A program made the translations under genes and the position numbers. Under the pieces are notes generated by a model. It did no database searches. It was not told the DNA's origin and saw only the letters and a program-made list of their open reading frames with translations. DNA of 64,000 nt from Octopus sinensis. Lineage: Eukaryota. Positions 24,426 through 36,965 of this stretch are shown here, piece by piece; position 1 is the stretch's first letter; the number at the start of each line of letters is the position of its first letter. The stretch lies in NCBI RefSeq assembly GCF_006345805.1, contig NC_043009.1, positions 32,736,001 through 32,800,000 on the forward strand, given 5' to 3'.

Positions 24426-24500
<75 letters not shown>
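24426..24500. repeat. (TTA)n microsatellite
   Basis: Direct reading. Confidence 0.97.
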
Positions 24501-24501
<1 letters not shown>

Positions 24502-25754
24502 ATTTTTGAAATAAATTCCAATATTTTTTAATGATTTCTCTTGTTCGTTTTCTTTTTTTTTTTTCTCACATAAAGTATCGAAGGGAAAAAGACGTTATGA
24601 GTAAAATCAATAGAATCTGCAGTGAATATCCCTGCTAAAACACTGTTCAAGTATTCTATTGTAGAAGAGAAAAAAATAAAATATTGGTAAAGAACAATAA
24701 ATGTTCAACTAACTTGCTTTGTAGCAGATTCCATTGTTTTAGTCTGACTTCCAATCAACTAACTTGATGCTGGTTGCTATTCCATTTGGAATAGAATCTC
24801 AACAACACAGCAGCTTCCGTCAAATCATTATTTGATGGTGCTTTTCTCCTGATTATTTTCATTTCATAAGAGAACCTGGTACATTTTATTTCGTTTTGAT
24901 TTAAGCTACAAGAATGTTAAGCTTAATCCATCTAAGCAAATACCTCGTCTCCATTCCATGAATCAAACCATTTGCTGTTCTCATAGCAAGAATACAAATG
25001 TTATTGTTCATCCGAAGAATAAAATTCTTTTAATTCAATTAGTTATGTTCGATAGCAAAGAATTAATTTCTCAACAGGAAATTTCTATACCTCTCCATAT
25101 TTACAGATCGACTGAATAGTATTCTTAAACCCTTTGTCAAAATATGAAAACTATTCATTTTTAGAAGCGAACTAACACAATCTCAACAGCTCTTAGAATC
25201 CTCTTCAACATTCTTTCATAAGTGATTGTTGTATTTTGGTTGATATTTTCATATTTTAGATTCTGTTATAGTTTTTTTCTACAACTGATCCTTATAATCT
25301 CCACGAAATATCAATGACATTATTCCGTGCAGATGTTCTTTTGTCTTGGAACAAAAAAAAACTCAAAATCTTATTTTACAGAATTTCCATGAGACATAAT
25401 TTACTACATCGGATATATAAATTTTGCATATTACGTCAAAAACATTACTTGAAAATTACCGTTTGAGAAACATACAGAAACACACATAGCAGTAGAGATC
25501 TACACACGTATACATAGAGACATGCAAACAGTTTTACTATTATTATAGGTTAAAGATGTGCATTGGATTATTTGCGGAAAAAGTTTTCATTGTCTTCAAC
25601 AAATCTTAACAAATCTGCAACAATTTTTTATCACAAGATATGTGAGTTCTAATTTCAAGCTTGTAATATGAAAACTCTTTAAGAGTTACACGGAAGTTTT
25701 GGTTAGAAATATTTACGCACACGCTTATACATTCATACATAGACATACGTACAA

Positions 25755-25847
<93 letters not shown>

Positions 25848-25873
25848 TATATATGTGTGTGTATTATGTATGT

Positions 25874-25944
<71 letters not shown>

Positions 25945-25958
25945 AATATATATATAAA

Positions 25959-25991
<33 letters not shown>

Positions 25992-25992
25992 A
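25755..25992. repeat. Compound (TA)(GATA)(TATG) microsatellite
   Basis: Direct reading. Confidence 0.95.
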
Positions 25993-26014
25993 GATGCAAA
26001 CAGACACACGCATA

Positions 26015-26876
26015 CAGGTTGCGGTGAATAAAATGTCGTCTAATTTACGCAAAAATGAAAATAACACTGACATCTCATTTTCAAAGATATATTCACCAAC
26101 ACTGCCAAAACAATTTAAATATTAATTAAAAAGTAAATTCATTCAATAAAATCGCCACTGTCTTCAACCACGGCCTCCAGACAACTTCAGAATCTTGTGC
26201 AACTCTTCTGTGGGATATCCTTGTTTATGCTGGTGTATGCTGCCATAATCCTTGCTTTCAATTCATCTTTGGTGTTACAAGGGGTTTTGTGGGTCACTCG
26301 CTCAACTACACCCACACATAATAATCAAGGGTGTTGCAGTCTGGGGAGTTACGTGGCAAGGTGTTAGGGTTGATGTACTTGGAGAAATTGTCTGACAGCG
26401 ATGACTGAGTTTTCCTGCTTGTGTGACATGGTACAGAGTCCTGTTGCCAGACATAGGGTCTTCCAGCAAGCCACCCTCTTGACCCAAGGCAGCGTAACCT
26501 CCTCCAGGCACTTAATGAAAGCCTCGGCGTTGAGTGGAAAGATGATTGGAGGCATAAAGTCATCATCACTAGTAATCACTCCAAACACCATGTTGTTGAC
26601 TGGATGTTCTTGTTTACCACTCTCGGTACATGTCCTCAGATTGACAGCCAAACACTCTGAAACTATCATATTGGGGATTCCGGCGTGAACGCCAATCAGT
26701 ACAGCATGTCGTTTCCAAATTTCTGGCAGAGTGAATTGTCTCGTGGTGCTGTTTGTCTTACAGACAGTGCCCAACTGTCCCTACTATAGTGTGTAGTCGA
26801 CAAAATCAAAAATTAAACAATGCACATGCGCAAAATTAAAAGCATAAAATGGCAAACAGTTATCCATCACATGCTG
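26015..26876 (-). mobile_element. Internally deleted DD37D (maT/mori-type) Tc1/mariner element, second copy
   Basis: TIR caggttgcggtgaataaaatgtc. WQQD-SVPCHTSRKTQSSLSDNFSKYINPNTLPRNSPDCNTL-DYYVW has exactly 37 residues between the second and third catalytic D. Colinear with 10911-11781. Confidence 0.92.
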
Positions 26877-27099
26877 TGAGTGTGAGTGTGTGTGTGAGTG
26901 TGTGTGTGTGCGTGTGCGTGCGCGCGTACATATACTGCAAATGATGAATAAAAATGACATTTCTGATTTCGCATTAAAGCCGAAAAATGTTCAGAAAAGC
27001 TATATCTATTCATTTTACAAATATATAATACTGTATCAAGGACTTTCTATTTCTTATTCTACTATATATTTATATTATATACATATATAATCATGTATT

Positions 27100-27313
27100 T
27101 ATATATATATATAATATATATGTGTATGAATACATATATTCATGTGTTTAATATGTATATATATATATATATATATGGGTTAATTTGTCCTGTCTTCCAT
27201 TGTTTTCTCCTTGTTTACGTATTTCATTCGTTCTTGTCCTGTAATTACTATCTACGTCACATGTCTTTATGTGATTTGCACCGTTGGTGATGTCCTGTAC
27301 CCATATATGCATG

Positions 27314-27347
<34 letters not shown>

Positions 27348-27494
27348 ATAAATATAATTAAATGCGACACATCTATATATAGATATAGATATAGATATAT
27401 AATTGGAACAAAAGCGCAATAGACTACAATAAAACATTCAGGCAGATAGACGGATGCATACATATATTCATACATACACACACACATATAGATG

Positions 27495-27539
<45 letters not shown>

Positions 27540-27677
27540 TGCAAATAATAAAACGTGAAAATCAGATTAAGTTGGAATTTGATTAGTATATTGTTCCGTA
27601 AACAATCATGCAAACTCTTACATACATACGCACATATACATGCATTCATATATACATACATACATAATATATATATA

Positions 27678-27718
<41 letters not shown>

Positions 27719-27770
27719 TACATATATACATATATACATTTATACATATATACATACACACATACATACA
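27100..27770. repeat. Extended (TA)/(GA)/(TACA) microsatellite field
   Basis: Direct reading; source of the Y/I/H-rich ORFs. Confidence 0.9.
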
Positions 27771-27775
27771 TACAA

Positions 27776-28094
27776 CAAGATGGATCGGGTTCAGTCCCAG
27801 TATGTGGCACCTTGGAATAGTGTCTTCTACCTCGTACTGACCAAAGCCTTGTGAATGGTTCGACATAAACTGAAAGAAAGCCCATCATGTGTGTGTGTGT
27901 GTATGTATTTCTGTGTTTATCACCCCACCATCGCTTGACAGCCGGTTTTATTGTGTTTACGTCCCCGTAACTTAGCGGTCCCATACGAGTAACCGATAGA
28001 ATATGTTCAAGGCTTGGGGTTCATTTCTTCGACTAAAGGTAGTGCTCCCGCATGGCACAAGTCAAATGAGTAAAACCAGCAAAAGAACAAAATA

Positions 28095-28095
<1 letters not shown>
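27776..28095 (+). mobile_element. SINE family B, head truncated
   Basis: cgggttcagtcccagtatgtggcaccttgg...gtttacgtccccgtaacttagcgg...gtgctcccgcatggc. Confidence 0.88.
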
Positions 28096-28168
<73 letters not shown>

Positions 28169-28392
28169 TGGCTGATCAATAGTAAGGAAATACACACGAA
28201 AATGAAAGAAGAAAGTAAAGGACCGCTGATGAGATCACAGAAGTATGACGACAGAACTCTGACCGAAATACGATTGACTTAAAATAAAGCTGAAGCAAGT
28301 GAACACCAAATATATAGTGCGTGTGTTTTTATTAGCTAAACTGGCAACATGACCATCCCCAAATTAAACAATATATATACATATATATATGC

Positions 28393-28425
<33 letters not shown>

Positions 28426-28462
28426 TATAGATGTATATATATATACACATATATATATACAT

Positions 28463-28643
28463 ATAAAGAAACACTAATCATAGAACAATCATCAAATTCG
28501 AGTCAACAACTTTATATATAACGCCATACTTCAAAAAACATTTGATCATATGTTATTTTATGATCAAATGTTTGAGATATGGTGTTATATATAAAGTCGT
28601 TAACTCGAATTTGATGATTGTTCTATGATTAATGTTTCTTTAT
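28463..28643. repeat. Near-perfect ~85-bp-arm fold-back (8-nt loop), PLE-type inverted junction
   Basis: 28463-28550 versus reverse complement of 28559-28643: about six mismatches and one 3-nt bulge. Confidence 0.9.
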
Positions 28644-28839
28644 CTTTAGTCTCATTTACATTTGAGCACTTCTTTTTTGCAGTTCTATACACTTTTTGTT
28701 TCCATAAAAAGAGACAAGTATTATTTCTTGTCGTATATTATATATGTGTGTTTGTGTATGTATGTATGTATGTATGTATGTATGTATGTATGTATGTATG
28801 TATATATGTATATATGTATGTATGTATGTATGTATGTAG

Positions 28840-29400
28840 CAACTCTTGCAATTTCAGCCGGATTGACAATGTACAGAAACATAGAATGAATGGATCGGAT
28901 CTTACATCAGTTTCGGCGAGGGGCATTCAGGCTCATCAATGCAAACTACATAAATCAATGTATGACTGGCTCAGTATTCCGAAGTTGTTTGTCATTTATG
29001 GCCACATTAGCGTGTTTCTGCGTATAGCAAAACGGAAGCTTTCAATTACGTTGTAGAGTTTATAATTCGAACTGTCACTACTTTTTTATTTGTTAATTTG
29101 TACTTGACTCCTTCGTAAAGGCAACCGGGCTGTGGAATTGAACTCTGAACAAAAAGAATACAGGATGAAATTGATAACTGTTTGTCATAACTTTCCTCCA
29201 AGCAACCATAGATTTTTTGGTTCGTTTTCAATTAACTATGCTTATGAATGTGACAGTTATAGCAGGAATATCCGCGAGCTGGAATCGAATCAGAGACAAA
29301 TTTATAAAGAAAACCAAATGTGATTCCACCTGGCCAAAGTTACATTCTTCAAAGTGAATGAAAAGCAAGCATCTTCTTTTAGGTAGTGTCAGTAATATTT
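28840..29400. mobile_element. Decayed Penelope-like fragments (GIY-YIG and linker remnants, mixed orientation)
   Basis: Minus strand INDKQLRN...SYIDLC (cf. HRQQI.D...R...VSEHID.C); plus strand KLITVCHNFPPSNHRFF; weak. Confidence 0.35.
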
Positions 29401-29442
29401 GATGTGCGTGTGTAGGTATATGTATGTATATACATGTGTGTG

Positions 29443-29495
<53 letters not shown>

Positions 29496-30059
29496 GTGTC
29501 CATGTGTATGTATATAGACAACTATTCAGTTGCCCAAGGCTATACGTCTTTTAACGAACACACAAGCTCTCGCATATGAACATTTATAAGTATACAGATG
29601 CTCTATACAAAAACATATACTATCTAACACAACTCATGTGCTTCACTTTCTTTTTGTCTCAATGAAAACGCAGTGTAGGCTATGTAGGAAATATGCCTCA
29701 GTGCTAGAAGGCACAGGAAAAACTGATTAAGCAGCAATAGATTCACAGAAAAAAAACAAATGAGTGATATGTTTAAGTGCCATGAGAAAATTGAAAGAAA
29801 TATATTGGGCGTGGATATACTTTGGCAAAGAAATGAACAACTAAAAACCTGAGAAGTAATGTTCATTATGATTAGAAAGCTTAAAATATATTTGGCTTTG
29901 ATTTATTTTTTCATGTTTTACCTTTCTCTGAATGTATTGAGTATACTTTGTTTGTAAAAACGGATGCAGATAAATTTAGACATCAATTTCTGTTTTTAAG
30001 AAAAATCATGACAGTATGAAGGCTAGTGCGTTTTCTTTCTAAGATAGAAGTAATAAGGA

Positions 30060-30420
30060 AGAAATTGGAAACAGAGTTTTACCAAAGAATATAGACGGTT
30101 AACAAAAAGAAATTCTTTTAGATGCAATCAGAGATGGAATGTTCAGTAAGGTCACGGGTGGAATATTTCTGAATTTTGTGAATGGAACTGATGAGGGAAT
30201 TCGAAATGAAAAATAGAGAGCCAAAGAAATATCATACATAGACATGAAATACGTAAAATTAGGTGTCGCAACACGGAAATCAACATCTCAGAAAATGTGG
30301 GTAGAAACATAGAAGAAGAAAGAAATGTAGAAAGACAATTACGCAGACATGAAGGTAAATAGAATAGCACAGAGTAAACGAGCAACAATGCAACTAGTTA
30401 AGCAAAATAGATGGATAAGA
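30060..30420 (+). mobile_element. Decayed RTE-type LINE C-terminal fragment
   Basis: ...TDEGIRNEK*R (cf. DRIRNEEIR), then a KLR-like and purine-rich segment. Confidence 0.4.
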
Positions 30421-31133
30421 TCCGAGATAGGGAAGTAGGAAAATTCGGGGGCAAAACAACCATATAGATATATTGGTGGTAGGTGAAAATAGAACTTATA
30501 TATACAATTATTGAAATGATTGCAATTGTGAGACGCTATATAAAAATGCGTTAGAGCCTCCAGTTACTGAACTATGAAATAATTTAAGCATGCCAAATTC
30601 TCTAGAAAATCTAGAACACACATTCCCAATTATAAAATAAAACTAAATAATCAAGACAAATATAAATGTTAAATTCTTTTCTCCTGGAATACGTTAGATA
30701 AATTTGACTTCCTTTTTTACATAATAAATTTTGCAGAATGTTTGAAAATTACTTTAATATATGTTAACGAGATAAAATAAATTCTTGAAATGTCTAATGA
30801 CATTTCAAAATATTAATTATAACAAATTATTGGATTTTTGAGAATGCCTTTATTCAAAAGCTTTCAGGAAAGAAAATTTCACTATTCAACTGTTATTTCA
30901 CTTGACTGCACACTGGGACCGCAGCAATACACTGAAATAGTGCACTTTTAGTAAGTTTGCAACTACATTTACATTATAATTATACTTTAGAGTTTGAATT
31001 TGCGTACATAAATGTGTTTGTAGGCTTATGTACTTGTGGATATGTGTTTTAAATGGTTTTAAATTGACTCTGCACTTACGAAAAAAATAAAGCATGCAAA
31101 TTTACAAAATTCTAATGTTGCTTTTAGATGATG

Positions 31134-31135
<2 letters not shown>

Positions 31136-31205
<70 letters not shown>

Positions 31206-31295
31206 CAACAACAACATGAAGAAAATCATGATGATGTGGATGGTGATGATGATACTAATAATAAAAACATCAACAACAATAACAGCCCATATCAT
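31136..31295. repeat. (AAT)n and degenerate triplet repeats
   Basis: Direct reading. Confidence 0.95.
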
Positions 31296-31446
31296 TAATG
31301 CAAATTCTGCTTTGCTGATTTTAATGTTACATCTGAAAGAATTGGTATAAAAATTCCGTGGCTGGCAAAGTGCTGTAATGTTGTTTTATCTGTGGGTAAA
31401 CTTGGAAGGGAAGAGTGTATTTTCTGTAGTTTCGTATACCGATATT

Positions 31447-31520
<74 letters not shown>

Positions 31521-32009
31521 TGCATGTGTGGTTACATGGCTTTACAGCGTATATACATTTTTATATCGGTTCAAATTTCTATAGAATATCATAGAATTAA
31601 CTTTATATTTTACACTTCATTTTAAATATTATGTCTGCAGGAGGGTACTTTGATCATAAACCTTTGCGGGTCGTCTAAGATCAGTGACATCGAAGCAGTC
31701 GGTGCTTTTAAACATTTGCACGTTGAAAAGAGAAGGAAATAAAATCCTTCTGCGCCAAGCCGGTTTGCTGCTTCACCAGTAATTGCTTCTCCTACGCAGG
31801 AGGGGGTATACCAAGAGGTGTCCTGCTCGCTGTGGGAACTAGAATAGGCTGAACTATTCGTTAATTACACCCGGAGTCAACTTTCTAACGATCCACGAGT
31901 TGCATTCGAACATACGCATGCTATAGAGACTTATACTAATTAAAGTATATGGAGTAGGTGTATATCATATTTTAATTGACAAGATACATTGGAATTAACT
32001 CCTTCGCTC

Positions 32010-32870
32010 AAAAAGAACGAACACTTTCATTCCATTTGTCAACTTCTTACGTCCGCCATCTCTGAAACTTTCATAATTTTGTCGACAATTCTATATCTAA
32101 CAAACATCTCGTCCACACTTTCGTTATGACTGCCTTTTATAAAATCATTACTTTCCATTCCTTTCTTAATACCACCCCTACCACCTCTCACTTTCAGTTC
32201 CTCTATTCCTGTCACCTCTGCCGTCGCACTTAGACATCCAGTCACATAGGCCGTCTTTCCTTTCTACAAGCTTAACCCAATCTAGTATAAGCTACTGTAT
32301 CTTGAGCTCACCAAATCAGCCACAGCTATGTCCCCTCTCTGGACACCCGAGTCGATACCAAAAGCACCCTATTTCCTTTTCCTTTTTATTCCTCCAGCAT
32401 ATTGTTCTGCTATGAGGTCCTTATATTTCCTCTATTCACACCCTACCACGTTCTGCTTCCCAAATTCAACCCGTCTGTCATTAAAGGGCAACGTACTCTA
32501 CACGTCTTCCTTATCTCTAACCCCATCAAAATCCCCTGGTTACTGGTTCCGTGTTCTCACACTCGTCAATTTCTCAACAATTCTAATTCCCGTATGACGG
32601 AGACACTGCACCGTTACACGTTTCTGATTCCTATATCTACACCTCCGCAGTCATCACCATCTACTTTAAAGATGCTCCCAGGCGATCAGTACTTCAGTTT
32701 AACTGGCAACCTTTTCGCTAACCGATGCTCAGGACGTATTTATGACATCGTCCCAGAAACTTCTCACTGGCCATTCCCATTCTGCGGACAATTCGACACA
32801 ATGTCCCACACTGCTTGGCTCCGCCTTACACAACTGATCCGAGAGGAGAACAGCGTTTTATATTTTCTCT
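32010..32870 (-). mobile_element. Possible decayed non-LTR element 3' region (Tx1/L1-like), unresolved
   Basis: Unique, higher-GC, purine-biased minus strand with broken frames; only weak Cys-knuckle-like residues. Confidence 0.25.
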
Positions 32871-33569
32871 CCAAACTTACACTTCCTTGGACCTCAGCTT
32901 ACCATTCATTTTCCTCTATTATTGTAACAATACCCGTGTCAGATATATGGATACATATTCACACCAGAACATCACACACACATGCTCCATATCCACATAA
33001 ACACACAGACCAGTTCATATAATACACATACAGAAACGCACATATACATGCAGCCACACGTATTCATACAACCAACATATAGACATACTGTGAACATTTC
33101 AGTTATCTCTCAGCAGCACACAAGCACAGAAATACCCGATACAAAATGATAAGCAGGCACATTTCTGCTTCAAATGCCAACTCACGCACACTTCAAATGC
33201 ACACTGGCGCACACACACACAGTCACGTGATATACTAGATCTACTCAAACATACGCACATTTAGTCATGCAAGAACTAAACACGACAAAAAAGTTATCCT
33301 GCACTCAGCTACTTCCTTTAGCGATCAAAGACACATATACGCCAATAAGACGCATATAGACACATGCCTATCTTCCTGTCCATGCTGCTGCTAAAACATT
33401 GACCTTTTCAGCCAACACCATAATTCCAGCCACTCACTGACCAAATATGTTGAACAGCAGTGCCTAGTTTCATGCGCTTGGGCTTCCATTTTCTCCCCAT
33501 TTCCTTACTTTTAGAATTGTCCTTTTCCTTTCTTTATCTTTTCTCATAATATCCAGAACCAAAAATATA

Positions 33570-33727
33570 TCTGCATGGTTTCAGGTTCAGTCCTATTTTG
33601 AGGCATCTAGAGCGAGTGTCTTCTACTTTAGCTTCGGATGGACCAAAGCCTTGCGAGTGGATTTGGTAGACGGAAACTGAAAGAAGCCTGAAGTCGAGTG
33701 ACTGAAACAGATACAAGATGAAAGATA
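33570..33727 (+). mobile_element. SINE family B, internally deleted (core joined to 3' tail)
   Basis: caggttcagtcc...gtggatttggtagacggaaactgaaagaagcc directly followed by gagtgactgaaacagatacaaga. Confidence 0.85.
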
Positions 33728-33854
33728 TATATATGTGATATAATATAGATATAAAAGGAGCGTGTGTGTGAGAGAGAGAGAGAGAGAGGGAGACTAAGAG
33801 GACGCTATAATGAAATTTTAGTGTATCATTGTAGATAATGTTCGAGACTCAATT

Positions 33855-33904
<50 letters not shown>

Positions 33905-33924
33905 GATGGATGGATGGATGGATA

Positions 33925-34001
<77 letters not shown>

Positions 34002-34322
34002 CTATCATGTGCTAGGAAGTGCGGAACATAATTACAGTATTGTCAGAGGGGTGGCCTCTACTCTACAAATGTTTAATGTTTTATGATTTCTGTGGTGCAC
34101 CAGACCCAGCCAAAAAGCTTTTGGGGCCCGAGGAACCACCATTAGCCACAATGGTGTACTAAAACGTCATCATATTATTCTTCGCTCGAATGCGTGCGCG
34201 GTGCCCTCTAAGAGGCTGGACAGAAAAAAATACATGGAGAATTTAGACGAAAGCGGAGCAAACGAGAAAACTTAACGGATGGAAAATTAGACAAAAGCAC
34301 GATACACGGAATATTCGCAGCA

Positions 34323-34373
<51 letters not shown>

Positions 34374-34723
34374 AATAAATACCACTCTAGGTACTTCGAT
34401 AAATTGCTAGCACTCGTCATCGTCTAAACTTGAGAAACATTGGGGTTGCCAATCTGTAACTTATTCCTCCTGGACATCCCAAGCGTCAGTTTAATCTTTA
34501 TTCGGCTCGTTAACCATTACTGTTCTTCCGTGTAGTAGTTTGGAATATTTCAGTGTTTTGAATCGTTTACGGCAAATAAAAGTTAGGTGCAGGAAAATAA
34601 TATTTTATATGAATAACAAACACAATGTAGACCGTTGACGCGAGTTTTATCGAAACAATTTTCTTTCTGTATTTAAGAGATGAGGAATTATGAACATTAT
34701 TTATATAATTATTTACATATACC

Positions 34724-34798
34724 CACGGGCATATGGTGTAGTGGTTAAGAGTACGGGCTACTAACCCCAAGATTCCGAGTTCGATTCCAGGCAGTGAC
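34724..34798 (+). pseudogene. tRNA-derived segment (Pol III A/B boxes; anticodon-like ACT loop; acceptor and T stems broken)
   Basis: tggtgtagtgg, cggg-ctactaa-cccc and gagttcgattcc; cloverleaf imperfect, so not a functional tRNA call. Confidence 0.75.
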
Positions 34799-34799
34799 A

Positions 34800-34863
<64 letters not shown>

Positions 34864-34929
34864 CAACAACAACAACAACAACAGAAAATACCTTAGGAAT
34901 AAGAACTCAAGTTCGAAATTTCCCCAAGA

Positions 34930-34971
34930 CACCTGATGAAGGCTGGAGAGCATATCAGCCGAAACGTTGTG
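34930..34971 (+). ncRNA. Minimal type I hammerhead ribozyme, core intact, extra A between A9 and G10.1
   Basis: CAC-CUGAUGA-A-GGCUG-GAGAGCAUAU-CAGCC-GAAA-CG-U-U|GUG; self-complementary ACGU stem III. Confidence 0.8.
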
Positions 34972-35044
34972 GACAAATATCCGTCAATTGTAACTGATGT
35001 AAATAATGTACATTATTCCTCATCTCTTAAATATAGAACTGAGG

Positions 35045-35790
35045 GACTCATTCGTCGAAAAGCTTTTCAGATAATGTTGTTGAAGCCCTGGTACCAACAC
35101 AAGATGACTGGATAATCTTTAATGGCAAAATTTATTTCGCCATCATCGATGAAAGCCTAGGAAAGCTAGATAATAGATTTCCAGGGCAAAACAACAGCAT
35201 ATATTCTCCCTTGGCAAGTCTACTACCAATCTGTGAGAGATTTTTGGATTTTGATGCTTTAAAGCCTTTGAGCAATTTAGTTAATTGTAATAAATCGGCC
35301 TTGCTGTCTGAAATTACTGAGGTTGAATCATACATTTCCAAACAAAATATGTTGACACTGCTGGATACTTTTGGATCTTTACGTATCGTACAAGATGCCT
35401 TTTGCAATGTTTATCTATTGATGGTGCAGCATGAACGTTTGAGTCTAGCAGAGTCACATGCGAGTCATCGTTAACTCGAATTATGACTCCCTTTCGACGA
35501 AATACGAAGCACCCGCGAAAATCAGACCTCACGATACCTGCTTCTCTTAGTAAACACAAATCAATTATAGACAAAGACGATTTTCTTAATTTTTGCTTTT
35601 TGCATTACGTTGCCGTAGATTTCATTTGTATTAAATAAATGTAATCTGATTTTATTATTTTGTGTTGTGAATTTTCTTGAAAAGCGTAATTAAATTTTAT
35701 AAACAGTATGGTTTTTAAAGCTCTGTTCAGCATCCCCAGCTATCAAGATAGCCCCACCCCCAGTTGCAATCGGTTGGTTACGTGCCAGGA
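35045..35790 (+). mobile_element. hAT-superfamily transposase relic (C-terminal dimerisation region)
   Basis: IYFAIIDESLGKLDNRF...AFCNVYLLM, then after a frameshift SRVTCESSLTRIMTPFRRNT...IIDKDDFLNF (cf. VSSATCESSFS..RI.T..R.TM); possible degenerate 3' TIR near 35775-35788. Confidence 0.7.
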
Positions 35791-36555
35791 AACATCTATA
35801 TTGGTGTATGTGTGATTAATAGACAAGCATGAACACGCAATGGATTCTGTTTATATATGAGTTGTGTATTTGTGAGTGTGTGTCTTTTACTTGGTGACAT
35901 ATATTTGCTATGTGAGCAAGTAAGTTATCATCTGAGAGCTGTTCCCTTCTGTTTCAGAATATATGCATATACGTGTTTTGGAGGTCGTATCACTTCATAG
36001 GTTATCACGAGTATGAATGGGTGTAATGACATACATGTGTGACCTGGCAAGGTTGCTGCATATATAAGCATAATCAGTATTGACAATCAAGTGCATAGAA
36101 TAGCCTTATTGACAAAGCTGCCATAAATAAGTGCAACACTGATCTGGATAACTTAATTTGCATATGCGCACTTTAGACGGTCGACATCAAATAAACAATT
36201 TATACTTCGTACACGAAACGGCGTGGAACTGATATACATTAATATAAATATATATATATATATATTTAAAAAAATGTTTTTATTTATTTATTTATATTAG
36301 CAAATTAAGCTATCCAGAACAGTGTTACACTTATTTGTTGCAGCTTTATCATTATCGCTCAATATTCAGTGCCATTGCTTGGGTAAGGAATCATTGTTAG
36401 TCTTTCATGAAGAATGAGCGACAAATTACGAAACTTCCACCAAGAAAAACCGCACTTTTGCAGAACATGGAACAATATAAAAGGATGTACCTATATTCGT
36501 TCCTTATCCCGAATCGTCTTTCACTCTCTCTCACACACACACTCACACACACACA

Positions 36556-36587
<32 letters not shown>

Positions 36588-36799
36588 CACACACATACGC
36601 ATGAAGTACTGCATATTTCCTGGAATCATATAAGTTCTTCAAAAAGCACTTTAGGTTTACTAATCGAACAGGGGTACAATTTTGGTCTACATGGATTCTA
36701 ATTCTCCTCACTGGTCATTTTAGTTAGCCAAGTTTGGATTATCACAGAGCCTATCTGCCTGGATTTTATAATTTCTGTTTCCTTGCTTTTCATACACTC

Positions 36800-36813
36800 A
36801 CACACACACATGC

Positions 36814-36876
<63 letters not shown>

Positions 36877-36891
36877 TGTATGTATGTATGT

Positions 36892-36962
<71 letters not shown>

Positions 36963-36965
36963 TAA
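36800..36965. repeat. Compound (CA)(TA)(TATG)(GATA) microsatellite
   Basis: Direct reading. Confidence 0.95.

Larger units (their letters stand above)
34665..35038 (+). mobile_element. Composite non-autonomous element: inverted repeat - tRNA-like head - (AAT)n(CAA)n - hammerhead - inverted repeat
   Basis: 38-bp IRs (34665-34702 versus 35001-35038, 3 mismatches); A box 34734-34744, B box 34777-34788; HHR 34930-34971. Confidence 0.85.

Noticed and set aside
20550-25340. Scattered very old LINE-like patches (CR1-like YLDLQKS near 20780, RT-like 24720-25340; also RTE-like LYGS near 56415)
   Set aside because: Single weak motifs only; boundaries and family cannot be supported by eye.
28221-28280. 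CTGATGA...GACC-GAAA motif
   Set aside because: Stem II is mismatched and there is no pairing stem I or stem III; may be a heavily decayed HHR but cannot be supported.
30197-30215. CTGATGAGGGAATTCGAAA, hammerhead-like
   Set aside because: Only a 2-bp stem II and no stem III or stem I. It is the coding sequence TDEGIRNEK of a decayed RTE LINE.
32402-33022. 206-aa plus-strand ORF
   Set aside because: No recognisable domain; it reads as antisense to a probable decayed retroelement and runs into CA-rich low-complexity sequence.
34724-34798. Functional tRNA-Ser(ACT) gene
   Set aside because: Acceptor and T stems do not pair properly and it lies inside a repeat; treated as a tRNA-derived promoter segment.
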